Of a stretch of DNA of 64,000 nt, positions 62,423 through 64,000 are shown one piece after another. Each line of letters starts with the position of its first letter. Position 1 is the first letter of the stretch. Both the position numbers and the translations under genes were made by a program. Origin of the DNA: Octopus sinensis (lineage: Eukaryota); assembly GCF_006345805.1 (NCBI RefSeq), contig NC_043003.1, positions 7,316,001 to 7,380,000 on the forward strand, written 5' to 3'. Under the pieces are notes generated by a model. It did no database searches. It saw only the letters and a list, made by a program, of their open reading frames with translations, and was not told the origin of the DNA.

Positions 62423-64000
62423 GTGAGTTTTTTTTTCTTCTTTTTCTTTTTCTTTTATTGATCTGCAACCTGACAGCTACTGACAGCGAACAGTAATGGA
62501 ATCCTGGTCTGTGGATAATGAGAATGCTTGTGTCTGTCAGTTTTATATCCATGCAGGGACATGTTCTAGATAGAGGTCAATCTGTTTTTTAACCTTCAAT
62601 AAAAGACTAGGTTGTTGTTTTTTGTATTAAATGTAATTTAAGTTTTTTTCTTTTTTTTTAAGTATGTCTTTGCATTTTTAAGCAATCAAATGCTCAGTTT
62701 CTTTTTGTTTTTTTACGTGTTAACTTTAATTTCAGCCATTGGATTATGGCCATGCTTGAGCACTACTTTGGAGGGTTTAGCTGAACAATCAATCCCAGTA
62801 CTTGTGTGTGTGCGTTCTTTGGCCATGCTGGAGCACTGCCTTTAGTTGAACAAATCGACCCTAGGACTTATTCTTTGTAAGCCTAGTATTTATTCTACCG
62901 GTCTCTTTTGCCAAACCGCTAAGTTACGGGTTCATAAGCACACCAGCATCGGTTGTCAAGCAATGTGTGTGTGGGTGGGGTGACAAACACACACACACAT
63001 ATATATATACGATGGGCTTGTTTCAGTTTCCGTCTACCAAATTTACTCACATGGCTTTGGTCGGCCCAAGGCTATAGTAGAAGACACTTGTCCAAGGTGG
63101 CATGCAGGGGGATTGAACTTGAACATCATGTGGTTACACTATTAGCTTCTTAACCACACAGCCATGCCTGTGCCTTTTGCAGAACAATTTGGTATTGTTG
63201 GTATATGTGATTGTTGACTAATAGTTATGTTTTAGTTTTCCAAATGAGTGTGGTCATTGCCAGTGCCGCCTGACTGTCTCCCGTGCCGGTGGCACATAAA
63301 AAGCACCATTCAAATGTGGCTAATGTCAGTACCGCCTGACTGGCCCCCTTGCCGGTGGCATGTAAAAAGCACCATTCAAATGTGACCGATGCCAGTACTG
63401 CCTGACTGGCCCTTGGGCCAGTAGCATATACCAAAGCGCCCACTTCACTCTTAGAGTGGTTGACATTAGGAAGGGCATCCAGTTGTAGAAACACTGCCAG
63501 ATCAGATTGGAGCCTGGTGCAGCCTCCTGGCTTACCAGCCCTCAGTCAAACTGTCCAACACATGCCAGCATGGAAAGCGGACGTTAAACGGCAAGGATGA
63601 TGATGATGGTCAAGCTACTTAAATAGCAAAGTTACTTTTGATGTGCTTAGGTTAAGACTTCTAATCTGTGAGATGTTTTTTAAGTGCATGGTTAATAAAA
63701 AAGATTTTTTTTTGTGCTTTGGAAGGGTCATTGTGCCAATAATAACACATGCACTGGCTGTATTTCACTTATCTATTATTCATCATTAGTATCATTGATT
63801 GTGTGTTTAACATTGAAGAGTCAGGCAGGCATGAAGCTGACCTGGAGGAGTGAGGGCATGTCATTGAAGAGGGCATGAATAGCAAAGAAAGGACTGTGAC
63901 AAACCTAATTGATTGAATGATTAATCAAAAAATTAATGAGTTGATTAGATAATTAATCTATTGACAAAGATTAAAGAAGTGAAACTGAACTAGTGTGTGT

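Overview
Eukaryotic, AT-rich, repeat-saturated genomic DNA. The SINE families and microsatellite load point to an octopus (coleoid cephalopod) genome; this is pattern recognition, not a database result. One host gene is well supported: a + strand ZnT1/SLC30A1-like cation-diffusion-facilitator zinc exporter. Its six phase-consistent coding exons (50164-62422) give 271 codons, and the gene continues past the window. A CpG-rich candidate promoter and ATG-free first exon lie about 29 kb upstream (20600-20933) and carry an inverted pair of metal-response elements. The remainder is tRNA-derived SINEs, 5'-truncated RTE-type LINEs, mariner/Tc1, piggyBac-like and Helitron non-autonomous elements, microsatellites and a 100-N gap. 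The most unusual signal is a set of about nine hammerhead-ribozyme-like motifs from several repeat families, mostly with degenerate cores. They include a 332-nt tandem dimer (retrozyme-like) and one at the tail of a tRNA-headed SINE. Almost all ORFs in the supplied track are repeat artefacts. Repeat boundaries are approximate unless a TSD or TIR is cited.
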